Positions 36,401 through 49,516 are shown, numbered from the stretch's first letter. The stretch is DNA of 64,000 nucleotides from Eledone cirrhosa (GCA_964016885.1 OZ024748.1:33790001-33854000); one strand, 5' to 3'. Notes: generated from the sequence alone by a model not told the origin. Numbers and translations: made by a program.

Positions 36401-36854
36401 GCTGCATAAAAAGGTGCAGAGCACTAGCAGTCGATGGAAACCGCAGAGTGGGGAGACCCAAGAAGACCTGGGATGAGGTGATAAAAGCCGATCTTACCAA
36501 ATTACACCTCTCAAACACGACCGTGACCTCTGGCGTCACGCAGTAATACAGAGTACTCGACCTCCCATGGGTACAAGCTGAAGCATATAGACAATATGCC
36601 CCCACACCCTTCCGCTGCAAGGTGGTTGTGGAGGTGCCACGGCAAAAAAGCACCCAGCCCACACTGTAAAGTGGATGTGTAGGCGCCACGGAAAAAAGCA
36701 CCCAGCACTCACTGTAAATGAGGTTGGTGTTAGGAAGGGCATCCAGCTGTAGAAATCAAGCCAAAATCAGTTCCTGTATGAGCAAGGCATGTCTAACCCG
36801 TCTAACCCATGCTAGCATGGAAGAACGGATGTAAAACGGTGATGATGATGATGA
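33408..36854 (+). mobile_element. Near-complete RTE LINE (APE endonuclease + RT); one frameshift at ~34130
   Basis: APE motifs VGTINV, CVQEIRW, SAYAPQ, AGDFNGHVG and SQIDFIL; RT motifs FVDLEKAFD and LLYADD; 3' UTR and (gat)n tail. 5' end not defined (may extend upstream to ~32715). Confidence 0.95.
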
Positions 36855-36859
36855 TATAT

Positions 36860-37630
36860 GAACAGCAATGTTACATGGCAGTGAGACATGGGCATTGTAT
36901 GCAGAGGATCTGCACAGACTGGAGAGGAACGAAGCTTGCATGCTCCATTGGATGTGTAATAGTAATATATGTGAACGGCAAAGCATAAATGAACTAAGTG
37001 AGAAATTATGAATAAGAGGGATCAGATGCTGTTTAGTCGAGAGAAGACAACGTTGGTATGGTCACTTGATGTGCATGAAAGACGACAGCTGTATAAAGTG
37101 CAGGGCGATCAAAATTGATGGCAGCTACGGAGTAGGCAAACCCAGAAAAACCTGGGACGATTTGATAAAATCCGACCTTACACACTTACACCTCTCCAAG
37201 ACAATGTCACTGGACCGAGATCTTTGGCGCTACGCAGTAATACAGAAGACCCGCTTTGCCTAAGTACAAAGCAAAACCTACAGTCAGAAGGCATCTCTTA
37301 ACCAAAAATACTACCCCATCCCACTACCCCTACCCCCACCCCATCTACACCACCCCTTTCTCTGTAACATCCAGTCCTAAATAAATGAGGTTGTTTAGGT
37401 GTCACGACAAAAAAACACACAGTCCACGCTGTAATGTGGTCATGTAGGTAACACGTTAAAAACCTCCCAGTCCACAGTGTAAACGTGGTTGGTGTTAGGA
37501 AGGGCATCCAGCCGTAGGAAACCTGCCAGACAGTCCTATACGAGCAAGACAACCAATCTTGCCTCAATGGGACAATTCCCGTCTAAACCCATGCTAGCAT
37601 GGAAGATAGATGTTAAACGATGATGATGAT
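36860..37630 (+). mobile_element. RTE 3' fragment (same subfamily as 743-2780)
   Basis: AMLHGSETWA..GKPRKTWDDL..QKTRFA, 3' UTR and (gat)n tail. Confidence 0.9.
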
Positions 37631-37701
37631 ATAAATCTACATACATACATTTACGTATGTATATAGCTATGCATTTATATTTAAGTGTGTAAGGATATAT
37701 A

Positions 37702-40222
37702 TCATCATCATCATCGTCTAACGTCCAGTGGGAAAATTCCTGTCCAAACCCATGCTAGCATGGGTTTGGACAGGAATTTTCCCACTTGAGGCAAGATTGG
37801 TTGTCTTGCTCGTATAGAACTGTCTGGCGAGTTTTCTACGGTTGGATGCCCTTCCTAACACCAACCACGTTTAGTGTGGGACTGGGAGGTTTTTACCGTG
37901 TTACCTACACGGCCACATTACAGCGTGGACTGTGTGTTTTTTTGTCGTGACACCTACACGACCTCATTTATTTAGGACTGGATGTTGTGGTACCAACATA
38001 ACTTTACATCGAGAGGGGTGGTGTGGATGGGGTGGGGGTAGTGGGTGGGGGTGTATTTTAGTAAGAGGTGCCTACTGACTGTAGGTTTCGCTTTGCACTT
38101 AGGCAAGGCGGGTCTTCTGTATTACTGCGTAGCGCCAAAGATCTCGGTCCAGTGACATTGTCTTGGAGAGGTGTAAGTGTGTGAGGTCGGAATTTATCAA
38201 GTCGTCCCAGGTTTTTCTGGGTCTACCTACTCCGTGGTTACCGTCTATTTTGATCGCCCTGCACTTTTTTATACAGCTGTCGTCTTTCATGCGCATCACG
38301 TGACCATACCAACGTAGTCTTCTCTTGAGTAAACAGCATCTGATCCCTCTTATTCCTAATTTCTCACTTAGTTCATTTATGCTTTGCCATTCATGTATAT
38401 TACTATTACAACGGAGCATGCAAGCTTCATTCCTCTCCAGCCTGCGTAGATCCTCTGCACACAATGCCCAAGTCTCACTGCCATGTAACATTGCTGTTCG
38501 TATGCAGGCATCATACAGCCTACCTTTCATTTTTTGAGAGAAACCTTTAGCGGCCAATAGTGGTATAAGCTCTCTGAACTTTTTCCAACCCGTTCTGACT
38601 CTAGCTAGTTTACTTTCAGAGCACCCTCCACCACTGCTGATATTGTCACCCAGGTAACGGAAGGTGTCCACTATTTCTATAGAACCATCTGTGCAATGGA
38701 ATGAGCTAGTATTATCTGGGCACTTGCTGCTACTTATTGCACCTGAGCACCGGCCACACATAAAATCTATATTCTTAGTTAGCTTACCTGTGATCCCACT
38801 ACAACTTTTATGACCCCATACTTTGCATTTGGGACGTAAAATGGAGTTTCTGCCTACTCCTTTCCTACACACTGAGCATGGCCATTTCCCAGATGAGACC
38901 AGTGCCCTATTTTCCTTCCTACATACTAGAACTTTAGTCTTAGGCAGGTTAATTTTAAGGCCTATTGATTCTAGGCCATGCTTCCATGTTTGGAATTTCT
39001 TCTCTAGTTCAGCCATTGATTCGGCTATAAGCGTTAGATCATCAGCGTATAGGAGTTCCCATGGGCAGCCGGTCTTGAACTCCTCTGTTATAGCCTGAAG
39101 GGCAATAATAAATAGGAAGGGGCTAAGGACGGGGCCCTGATGAACACCAACTTTTACGTTAAACTCTTCACTATATTCGTTGTTAATTCTAACTTTGCTG
39201 ACTGTTTCTTTATACATGGCTTGTATAGCTCTCACAAGCCATTCATCAACACCTAGTTTTCTGAGAGCCCACCAGATAATGGGGCGTGGGACTCTGTCAA
39301 AGGCTTTCTCCAAATCAACAAAAGCTAAGTATAGGGGTTTACTTTTAGCTAGGTACTTCTGTAGTTGTTGTACAAGGAAAAGAGCGCCTGTGGTACTTTT
39401 GCCTGAAACAAACCCAAACTGCATTTCATCCAGATAAATTCGCTCTCTGATTAGTTGCACTATTACTTTTTCTGTGACCTTCATTACCTGGTCAATTAAT
39501 TTAATGCCTCTATAGTTTCCCCTATCTAAGGCATCTCCTTTACCCTTGTAGCAGTTAATGATGATGCTGCTACGCCAGTCCTTCGGTACAACCCCATTCT
39601 GTATGACTTGGTTTACTATCCGGGTGACCATAGTGTGTCCCACCGTTCCAGATACTTTCAGCATTTCAGCAACTATTTCCGAAGGCCCAGGCGCCTTGCC
39701 CGTCTTCATATCTTTGATTGCCTTACTTATTATACTACCTTCAACTTGCACTGCTTGTCTCTCTATTGGATTGATGTGGGAGAGACTGTCTTTCTCCCAT
39801 TTATTCTCCTCATTTAGTAGCCTTTCGTAGTGACACTTTCCAGCTACCTTCTTATCAGCATCAGTGATGGCCAGTACACCATCATCATTATGGACACATT
39901 TCTCCCCGACAATATCACGGTTTTCCTTGACACATTGCCTAACAATCCTGAACACCCCACATTTTTGGTCCTCGCATTGTAGAACATGCTTGAACTTTCT
40001 TTCCTCTGCTTCCCTTCTTGTGAAGTACATTTGTCTCCTAGCTTCCCTCCTGGCCACTTGATAGTCTTCTATACTTCCCCCATCCCGCCATACTTTCCAA
40101 GCCTGCTTTTTGGCCTTAATTGACTCCTCCACCTTACTGTTCCACCACCATGTTACTCTCCTCCTACCTTTAGGTCTGCTCCAGCCACAGATTTCATCTG
40201 TCACCTTCAGCAGGTTAGCTTT
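37702..40222 (-). mobile_element. 5'-truncated RTE LINE with an open RT ORF
   Basis: ORF 38099-40351 (its first ~42 aa are microsatellite/SINE read-through) carries all RT motifs; (cat)n tail at ~37702; flanked by (TA)n. Confidence 0.95.
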
Positions 40223-40223
40223 C

Positions 40224-40257
<34 letters not shown>

Positions 40258-40296
40258 ATAATATATATATTACACACACACACACACATATATATG

Positions 40297-40555
40297 CGCA
40301 GTGTGACAAGAAGCTTGCTTCCCGACCACATATTTCCGGGTTCAGTCCCACTGCCCGGGCCGACCAAATCCTTGTGAGTGGATTTGATAGACCGAAACTA
40401 AAAGAAGCCCATCTTACATATGTATATATGCCTGTGTGTGTGTCTTTGCGTTTGTGTTTACCCTCCTACCAATGCTTGTTGGTTTGTTGACATCCCCATA
40501 ACTTACCAAGGTGATGCTCCAGCATGGGCGTAGTCCAGAGACAGAAAAAAAGTAA
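40297..40555 (+). mobile_element. Internally deleted tRNA-derived SINE (third family)
   Basis: gcgcagtg..agaagcttgcttccc..gggttcagtcccactg head. Confidence 0.55.
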
Positions 40556-40584
40556 AGTATATATGTGTGTGTGTGTGTGTGTAG

Positions 40585-40989
40585 TAGAGGGGCCTCAAAC
40601 TCGAGGACACAAAAGGGCCATTACGTCCTGGAGGAGTCACAGTGGGCCAAACGTGCTGGTGGGTGAAGATTTTCACCACTTATAATCATTTCTACTATAG
40701 GAACAAGGCATGAAATTTGGGGTTTAGGGTTCAGTCGATTACATTGATCCTAGTATACAACTGGTACTTAATTCATTGACCCCAAAAGATTGAAAGGCAA
40801 AGTTGAGATCGGCGGAATTTGAACTCAGAACGTAAATACGGAAGAAGTACTGTTAAACATTTCGCCAGATGTGCTAACGATTCCACCAGCTCACCGCCTT
40901 ATTTTCACCAGTTGTAATGCAATATGAAATATTGGTTCTACCACAGGCCACAGAAAAGTAGTTCACGGGCCGCATGTTTGAGCCCTCTG
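40585..40989. mobile_element. hAT-like MITE remnant with a nested SINE (~40695-40900, minus strand)
   Basis: Imperfect TIRs tagaggggcctcaaac / gtttgagccctctg with GGGCC subterminal motifs; TSD not recognisable. Confidence 0.55.
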
Positions 40990-42084
40990 TTGGAGATAGA
41001 TAGATAGACGTGTACCAAACACACACACACACATTTCTTACTCTCTCTGTCCCTCCCTCTTTCTCTCTTCATTTATATATATATATATATGGCATTGTTG
41101 AAAAGAGCAGTGGCCTTTGACCTGGCAATAAAAACTGGAGACAAAATTCTTTCTGTACCAAAACCAAGGCACACACACAGAAGTTTGTGTATGTGTATGT
41201 ATATGTGTGTGTGTGTATATATATGTGTGTGTGTGTATCTATGTATATTTATATAAGGAATACAGATATTGCTTTCTCACTGTCACCAAGCTTCTCAATT
41301 CATTCGTTGCTACAAAGTATTTTATTTTGCAAGGTACTATTTTCCCCCTGAGTTTGTGATTTCAGAGAAAGCTAAGAAATTCTTCATATTTTGCATCTTT
41401 TGTATTTGACTTTACAGTTTGAATTATAGAATTGTCTATCCACTCAAAATATTACAACAGCTAACAGTGAAATATAGAATTTAAAAAAAAGCTTTTTCAA
41501 CTGAGATCAAATCTTTGAGAACATTCACGTCTATTTTTTCAAAAATATATAATTTGAAATAGCTTGTTTTGGACTGAAACTTTTTTGTATTTAATTTGTA
41601 CGAGTATTTTTTAAAGATTCTAACATAACTTGATTTGGCCCAGTAATATCAAAATCAGTAGTATATTGAAAAATGGAAAAATAGGGTACGGGGGCGTTTC
41701 GTGATTTCGATGGGCAAAAGGGAGCGTTTGGCCGAAATGGGTTGAGAACCTTTGGTGTAGACTATGGGCTGGGGTGGGGGAGATGCATGGGATTGATCTA
41801 ATGTGGGGTACAAATGTGGTGAAGGGTGGAGTGTTAGGACATGGGTAGAGGGAGGTGTGTTAGGCCGTGGGAATTGGGTGAAAGGGGGAGGGTATGGTAG
41901 GGTGTGCATACTAGATGTATAATTTAACCATGCACATTGGAGGGCAAGTCCTCAGTATAACTACATAATGCCAGATATCTCAATCCTGTGTTATCACTTT
42001 TGAGATGTGTAATTGTGCAAAGTCAGCTTTTATCACCTCATCCCAAGTCTACTCCATAGCTTCGATCAACTTTGAGTAACCTGC

Positions 42085-43380
42085 ACCTGTGTATACGGCT
42101 GTCATCCTTTATACACATCACTTGTCCATATCAATGTAATCTCCTCTCCTGCACACAGCATCATATATATCATCACCATCATTATCATTTTTACAAGTTT
42201 TCCAATGCGTGCATGGGTTGGATGGTTCCATTTCAGCACAACATCTCTCCACTTTCCCCATTCCTTTGTCATCTCCTCTGTGAATCTCAGTAATTTGAGA
42301 TCAGCTTTCATCAACTCTGTCGAGGTCTTTCTTGGTCTACCTCTACTGTAGCTTTGTTCCACTGGGATTCCCTGGCACTTCTTCACCCAATGATCATCAT
42401 CTATGCACATCAAATCTCCGTACCAACACAGTCTTCTCTCTTGCACACCACTTCGGATTCCTCTTAAACCCAGTTTCTCCCTCAGTTCATCCAAGCTGTG
42501 TCTTTCTTGCACATTTGGATTGCACATCCAATGAAGCATGGCTGCTTCATTTCTTTCAAGCCAATGCATATCCTCTGCAGTCACTGCCCATGTTTCACTA
42601 CCATGTAGCACCACATATTCTCTGCACTCACAGCCCATATTTCACTTCCATGTAGCACCACATATCCTCTGCAGTCACTGCCCATGTTTCACTACCATGT
42701 AGCACCACATATTCTCTGCACTCACAGCCCATATTTCACTTCCATGTAGCACCACATATCCTCTGCAGTCGCAGCCCATGTTTCACTACCATGTAGCACC
42801 ACATATCCTCTGCACTCACAGCCCATATTTCACTTCCATCTAGCACCACATATCCTCTGCAGTCACAGCCCATGATTCACTACCATGCAGCATCACAATT
42901 CACACACAGACATCATACAGTCATCCTTTTGTACATAGGGAGAAAAATGTTATCAACAGTGGGAGTAGCTTTCTAAACTTCCCCCATCCTCTCCTTATTC
43001 TAGCTATTATGTTCTCAGGGTACCCTCCTCTGCTACTAATTAAGTCACCTAGATAACATAAGCTATCAACCACTTCTATGGATACTTTCTGTGATTGGAA
43101 TAGGCTTATATCATTGACGCTCTTCTCCTCAATTACTGCTATAAATCTTTTACATATAAAATCTTCCCTTCCTGTTAGCCAACCCGATATCCCACTACAT
43201 CACTTGTGTATCCAAGATTTACATTGTGTACATTGTATAGAGTTTATGCCTACTTCTTTTCTAAATATTGAACAGGGCCACTTCCCCGTGGGAATCAAGG
43301 TCCTGTTTTCTTTCCTATTTACTAATATATTAGTTTTGGCTAAGTTTTCTCTTAAACCTTTTGATTCTAACTTCTGTTTC
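42085..43380 (-). mobile_element. Decayed RTE fragments containing a second 47-bp minisatellite (42568-42895, ~7 copies)
   Basis: ORF 42102-42638 LHGSETWAVTAEDM; ORF 43200-43394 KWPCSIFRKEVGINSIQCTQC. Confidence 0.85.
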
Positions 43381-43399
43381 TGTAGAAAAGCCATACCTC

Positions 43400-43668
43400 A
43401 CTGCGCTTTGTGTGGATTAATGTGGGACACATTCAGGCCTTAATTAGAGGGGCCTGTTCGAAAAATATATTTCAGTCTCTATTTCATGCTGCAGAAACTA
43501 GTGATGGGCCTGCATCCTGTTCTGGGAGGGATGGGATGGACGCTCAAAGGTTGCCTATCCTGGGACCCCAAAGAGGGTCTGGAAGAGAGCAAACCTTAAT
43601 AGTTGGAACCTGGAACATCACAACCCTTACATGTAAGGAGCAGGAACTAGTGGTGGAGGCTAGATGTT
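43400..43668 (+). mobile_element. 5' fragment of a Rex3/Expander-like RTE (APE start)
   Basis: LIVGTWNITTLTCKEQELVVEA. Confidence 0.65.
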
Positions 43669-44454
43669 AAGCCTCCCCAGTAAAGTTTATGCTAAGTGCC
43701 TGGTAAATAGATGATAATTTCACTGCTATTTCTAGCAGGATGAGTGGCCATGTAGAAGTTTTCTTATAGATATATAATTAATATTTTACTGAGTGATACT
43801 TTGATTTACCATCGATTAGGTACGATTGGGACTGTGTCTGAATGTATTAAATTATATCAGGGACTTTTAACGTATGACACCGGTAAGAGAGTTGAAATAT
43901 TGTCAACGACACCGAGTACCTGCTGTCTTCATTATAACTTTAATTAATCTAATTATATCTCTTGTGTAACAATTATATATATATATACACACAATTTTAA
44001 TTCCCCGACATCAGTCTTACACTGTCATATCTATTCTTACTTTACAATTGTGTCTACTAAGATTTCCATTACAATCTGAGTAGTAAAACTACTATTTCAC
44101 CAGAACATCTGCTAGCAGTCATTTATGGACAATATATATATATATATTAGACCACATATCAACCTAATATATACATATTTCCTATCAAATCTGTGGCTAA
44201 AGCCATAAGTCAGCCTCACTACTTCATTCTGACAAGATATAAATTTATGACTAAAGATGAAGAAGATACACCAATGTTAATGTCGTGAAATAAAGCTGAT
44301 AACATCTTTGAAACTTCTAATTTCATAACAAAGAGATTATTTCTTTGGTTGTTTAGTAAAACCTAACAACACAACACATTGATTGTATCTGAAAGAGGTA
44401 AGTTGACAAAGATTTACTTGAAGTCTATAATAGTGATAGCCACAAATACTAAAC

Positions 44455-44610
44455 TATATTGCACATTAGATAATGTAGTCCTAGGTACACTATGTCTGAT
44501 AGCCACTGTACTGTACATTAGATAATGTGGTCCTAGGTACACTATGTCTGATAGCCACTATACTGTACATTAGATAATGTAGTCCTAGATACACTATGTC
44601 TGATAGTCAC
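44455..44610. repeat. 52-bp tandem repeat, 3 copies
   Basis: acattagataatg occurs at 44463, 44515 and 44567. Confidence 0.9.
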
Positions 44611-44619
44611 TAGTATATA

Positions 44620-44950
44620 CGTAGTTCTCAGGGAGATTCAGCAAGACAAAACGTGTGACATGGCTTCCCTTTGAAATACATGTAGAACCCATCTTATATT
44701 ATAATGTGTCTGAGTATTTCATTGACATGTGTACTGTTGACATTGTTCTCAGGGAGATTCAGTGTGACAATTCTATGTAACAACATTTCCACTATAATTA
44801 CTCGTACAACTTATTATTTTTGCCAGCTGGGTGAAATGAAACAATGAGAAATAAAGTGTCTTGTTCAAGGCCCCAACGTTCAGACCACCCGGTCTGGGAT
44901 TCGAACCCACTAACCATACGTTTATGTACTGTGCACTATCACCGCCTAAG
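44620..44950 (-). mobile_element. tRNA/CORE SINE
   Basis: Reverse B-box gggattcgaacc and reverse CORE-like aataaagtgtcttgttcaagg. Confidence 0.7.
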
Positions 44951-45663
44951 CCCGGTTTTCTCCACACAAAATACACCGGAATGACTTAATCCGGATTAAT
45001 TCACGAACAAGAATTACAATAAGTCGCTGAGAGTGATCTCCCTTGGCTAACTTTCAAATCTTTTCTTCCATTAGAAATTATTTTTTTCATGTCCGACTGA
45101 AAGACTCTGGAGTTTTTACCTGCCTTGGATTTAATTAATGAGGAATTTTGAGATATTTATAACAATTATTAATTATTTCATTACTGAGATATCATTGGAA
45201 GGATTTACTAAAGTTTTTAATTATTAATTATTTTATTAGTAACTTAACATGTGGTTCTTGTATAAAATTATGTTGGAAGATTTTAATATAAATATGAACT
45301 CTGTATTTCAATTAATTATGAAGAATTTTGAGCGATTTATCATAATTGTTAGTTAATTACTAACATAATAACTTAACGTGTGGTTGTTATATAGAATTTC
45401 ATTGGAAGACTTTAATTTTTAATTGAACCGTTTCCACAGAAGGAGAAACAATTTTGGTTGGGTTTTTACCAAAAGGGTTAATGAAGAATTATGAACAATT
45501 TACTAATATTATTAATTATTTCATTAATTAGATAGTAACTTAACATTTGGTTCTAATATAAAATTATGTTGGAAGATTTTAACTGAAATAGGAACCTTTT
45601 TAAATGGGTGGATTTGGTACAGAAAGTGTTATACAACAAATAATAGAACAATATATATATATT

Positions 45664-46005
45664 GGAGGCACATGGCTTAGTGGTTAGAGCATTGGCCTTG
45701 CAATCGAAAGGTTGTGAGTTCAATTCTCAGACCGGGTGATGTGTTGTTTCCTTGAGCAAGACACTTTATTTCACATTGCTCCAGTTTACTCAGCTGTAGA
45801 AATGAGATGATAGGGACTGGGGTCCATATCATTCCACTGCAAAGTAGTCGTGGAGGTGCCACGGCAAAAAAGCATCCAGCACTCACTGTAAATGAGGTTG
45901 GTGTTAGGAAGGGCATCCAGCTGTAGAAATCAAGCCAGAATCAGTTCCCGTCCCACCCTTGCAAGCAGGGAAAAGCGGACGTAAAAATGAAATGAAATGA
46001 AATGA
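45664..46005 (+). mobile_element. tRNA/CORE SINE with an RTE-derived 3' tail
   Basis: A-box tggcttagtgg, B-box gagttcaattc and CORE-like segment; 45838-45947 matches the RTE 3' UTR at ~36615-36773. Confidence 0.88.
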
Positions 46006-46077
46006 TATATGTAATAAAATAAAATAAGTAAGTCAAATATGTAAAATTTGGCTTCGTTTATTATAAATTATAAATTT

Positions 46078-46132
46078 ACTGTTATATATATTTCGGTGAC
46101 AGCCATTATTGGTTGTGACCTCTTCAGGCAGT
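46078..46132 (-). ncRNA. Minimal type I hammerhead ribozyme motif
   Basis: Minus strand: actgc CTGAAGA ggtcacaacca-ataa-tggctgtcacc GAAA tatata TA acagt; core intact, one mismatch at the base of stem I. Confidence 0.75.
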
Positions 46133-46387
46133 TCGAATTGGTGTAGAAAGGACAGGTACACATGTTGTTGAAGTGTGTTTTACTGCATCAATACATCGAT
46201 ATGTCCAGCTCCTAGCTGTTTTGTTAGTCCTCCGAGGAACATATATGATTTAATCGATTTCCCCTCCCTCAAAACTGCTGGCCTTGTGTCTATATAAGAA
46301 TCCATTATTATAATATTATTGTTTTTCACTCACGAATACACACACACACAGACCACACCACACCACACACACACACACACACATATA

Positions 46388-46930
46388 TCATCATCATCAT
46401 CCGGCGACCTCAACCGAAATGGACTCAATTGATCTCCACGTGGGTCGTTCATTGCCGTTGCCAAGTCCTGGATTTCAAAACCAGAATCTTGGGGTAGGAG
46501 AGCTTGTGCCCTCTTGTTATTAGTGACTGCTTGTGGTTTCCAAAGCACTAATTGGGACACAGCGTTATAGGTGGCACGATGGCAGTGGCCAGCAAATCTT
46601 ACTCTCCTCTTATGTACAACAGATATGTGTGGGAGGCCGGCATATATCTCTCTCAAAGACAGATGTCGCCAGCTTAAGTTCTGAATGCGTTGAAGCAGAC
46701 GAGTGTAGGTGATATCAAGGTAGTAGTAGTAGTAGTAGTAGTAGTAGTACTAATTGCCATCAAGATACTTTTGTTGTTTGGATGAAAGCGTATATGTTTC
46801 ACTTCCGTAGAACAAGATTGGTTGAATTGTTACTTGGAAGAGTTTGATCTTGGTGTGGTTGGAAAGATTTCAGTGCCAACTCGATCCATCTTGTTGCAAG
46901 CTGACCACGCTTGGGCCTTTTTGGTGGTGA
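46388..46930 (-). mobile_element. 3' fragment of a distinct RTE-like LINE
   Basis: RRVRFAGHCHRA..SQLVLWKP, a LFYGSET remnant and a (cat)n tail. Confidence 0.7.
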
Positions 46931-47128
46931 AATATATATAAGGGAAAGAAATCGGAAATGCAACTGGAGTCTTTTTAAGAATATTTATCTGTTTCCTTTA
47001 CCGATTTCACAGTTCTTATGCTTTTCAAAAGTAGAATTGTCAACATGAATGAACCTGTTATTTTTATCTCAATATTTTTTCCAATTCCAACCCGCCCGTC
47101 CCTTCAATCTATCTTATTCCTCATTCTT

Positions 47129-47164
47129 TCTTCTGATGAAGGACGAGCGGCCAAAACGTTAAGA
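47129..47164 (+). ncRNA. Minimal type I hammerhead motif with a mutated core (GAAA to AAAA)
   Basis: tctt CTGATGA a gg-acgagcgg-cc AAAA cg TT aaga; palindromic AACGTT stem III; lies in a ~300-bp insert between (TA)n and (CA)n tracts. Confidence 0.6.
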
Positions 47165-47334
47165 CCCTCTCTATCAAGCGTTAACCTAATATATTCCTTC
47201 CATATACTGTACCGATTGTGTTGTTATTTCTGTTTACGTTTTACACACACACACACATATATATATATATTTGTGTGTGTGTGTGTGTATTTGTGCAAAT
47301 ATACATCTCTTAATATATAGACAAATAGAGAGAA

Positions 47335-48062
47335 CTAGCAGAATGGCCCGGCGTTGCTCGGGATTTGTTCTAGGTTTCTTATATATTTGATATATATTTA
47401 TCCTTATCGAGCCTCGTGAAATAAATATGTTTGTTTATATTTTGTTATTGTCTATGCAAAAATATCTGTACATGAATATATAATTATATATATATATATA
47501 TATATGAACGAGTAGGACCCCGACGGCTGAGCTCAAGCCGTTTCTACCCTAAGTATTGATTACTTTGGTGCGTTATGGTCCATCTGGTTCCTTACCACAT
47601 TTCCTTTGTTATATATATATATATATTTTAAAATAACAGATTAAAGTTTAAGCAAAGAATTGCTGCTTTCACCCTTAACGGGATCTTCTGAAACTAAAAA
47701 AATTAACCTTTGAACGCAGAAGTAAATATTTCGAAAAACGTTACACACTATATATATATATATATATACACACATATAGCGTCATAATGTTGTAATGCAG
47801 ACAGCCAGACATACAGACATATATTATAAGGGCGCGACGTTATATCTATGTATCTGTCTAAAAAGAAAGACTAAGAATTAGAAAGAGAGATTGCTAAATC
47901 GCCTACTGCGGTCCCTAGGGCATTGAAAATTTGAATTTTTTTGCTCAAAACACTCACAGGACCATATGTATGACATGTGTAAAGTTTGAAAACAATCGGT
48001 TGGGTGGTTCTCGAGTTTTAGGGAGTCAGACAGACAGACATTCTCTGTTTTCGATATATAGA
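47335..48062 (-). mobile_element. Non-autonomous Helitron
   Basis: Minus strand starts A|TCTATATATCG..tgtctgtctg (like the 59971 terminus) and ends with the hairpin cccgagcaacgccggg then CTAG|T. Confidence 0.85.
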
Positions 48063-48528
48063 TATCACATAAGTACAAACCCAAAGAGGTTTGTTTCGCT
48101 AAAAGATTAGTCGATGGAATGAAAACACTCAGGTCCATCAACGTGTGTTAAGTGAATACATTCCAGACAACTCTAAGAGAAACTTAAGATAACTGCCTTG
48201 CAACACGTGGTAGAGAGAAGTGATTGTGTGCGAGAGACAGTAAACTAGTGGCCTGTGTGGAATGACTGGCTAGAAATGGCAGCCCAAAACCACTCAAGGA
48301 AGAGTGCTCTACCAAAGAGAGAGAAGACTGTTATAAGGAGCAATATATCAAAATAAATTAACTCAAAGGAAAAGGAATCCTGGGCTTTTCTACATATTAT
48401 ATTTGAAGAGCCCAGGATTCCTTTTCCTTTGAGCACATAATTTACAGGGACTAACGCGAGTCTATGACTCCATTAATTTATTTTGATATATATATGTGTA
48501 TATATATATATATATATATGTTTATATA

Positions 48529-48565
<37 letters not shown>

Positions 48566-48653
48566 CCAAAATTAAAATTAAGGGTTGCCATGTCTGAGAG
48601 ACATGCGCCATATCCACCGTAGAATAAGCTCAAAGATTAGATCCAAGCATTAC

Positions 48654-49060
48654 ATATCAACTAGAAATAGATTGACATATATATATATATATAAAATAAA
48701 TACATGAAACAATCACAGGGAATAATATGTAAAGAATGTAGGGACACATAGCTAGGTAGGTAACTAATTAAAGTTTAACTAGAACTTCAAATATAGATAC
48801 CTTTTAAAATGATTGTATATATTTTGATTGTATATAAAATCCTTTGTATATATTTCACCTATTAATCCGTAAATCACAGCAGTTAAATTCTTGGATGTTC
48901 ACCAAATCATTTTAAAAGGTATCTATATTTGAAGTTCTAGTCAAACTTTAATTAGTTACCTACCTAGCTATGTGTGCCTACATTCTTTACAAATTATTCC
49001 CTGTGATTGTTTCATGTATTTATTTTATATATAAATATGTCAATCTATTTCTAGTTGATA
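48654..49060. repeat. Long inverted repeat (~160-bp arms, ~90-bp spacer)
   Basis: atatcaactagaaatagattgac...ttttaaaatgatt versus aatcattttaaaa...gtcaatctatttctagttgatat. Confidence 0.9.
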
Positions 49061-49100
49061 TATATATATATATATGTATGTATATATATATATATATGTG

Positions 49101-49140
<40 letters not shown>

Positions 49141-49516
49141 AAATATATATATATATATATTTATTAAAATAACAGATTAAAGTTTAAGCAAAGAATCGCT
49201 GCTTTCACCCTTAACGGGATTTTCTGAAACTAAAAAAGTCAATCTTTATCCTTATCAAGCCAGAATCAGTTCCCGTCCCACCCGTGCAAGCAGGGAAAAG
49301 TGGACGTAAAATGAAATGATGATGATGATGATGATAGAATTTAGTATATCTACTAACATATGCGTACAGATGTACGCTAATGCTAGCAAATACATAAGTT
49401 ATGTCATAGTACCTAGGTGGTTCAATGCAGGAGGATGCAGAACAATAATATGAAAGACGTAAAATAAGAAAATTTTAAAAAGAATTTAAAAAATTAACTT
49501 ACTTACTAAAATTTTC

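Noticed and set aside
38099-40351. 750-aa host gene or domesticated RT
   Set aside because: The N-terminus is SINE/microsatellite read-through and the rest is a 5'-truncated RTE with substituted conserved residues.
45664-45740. tRNA gene (also at 16583 and 50536)
   Set aside because: A and B boxes are present but there is no complete cloverleaf; it continues into a SINE body and tail.
48066-48150. Possible minus-strand hammerhead (GAAA caaacc..gggtttg TA)
   Set aside because: Good stem III, but no CUGANGA at the right place and no convincing stem I.
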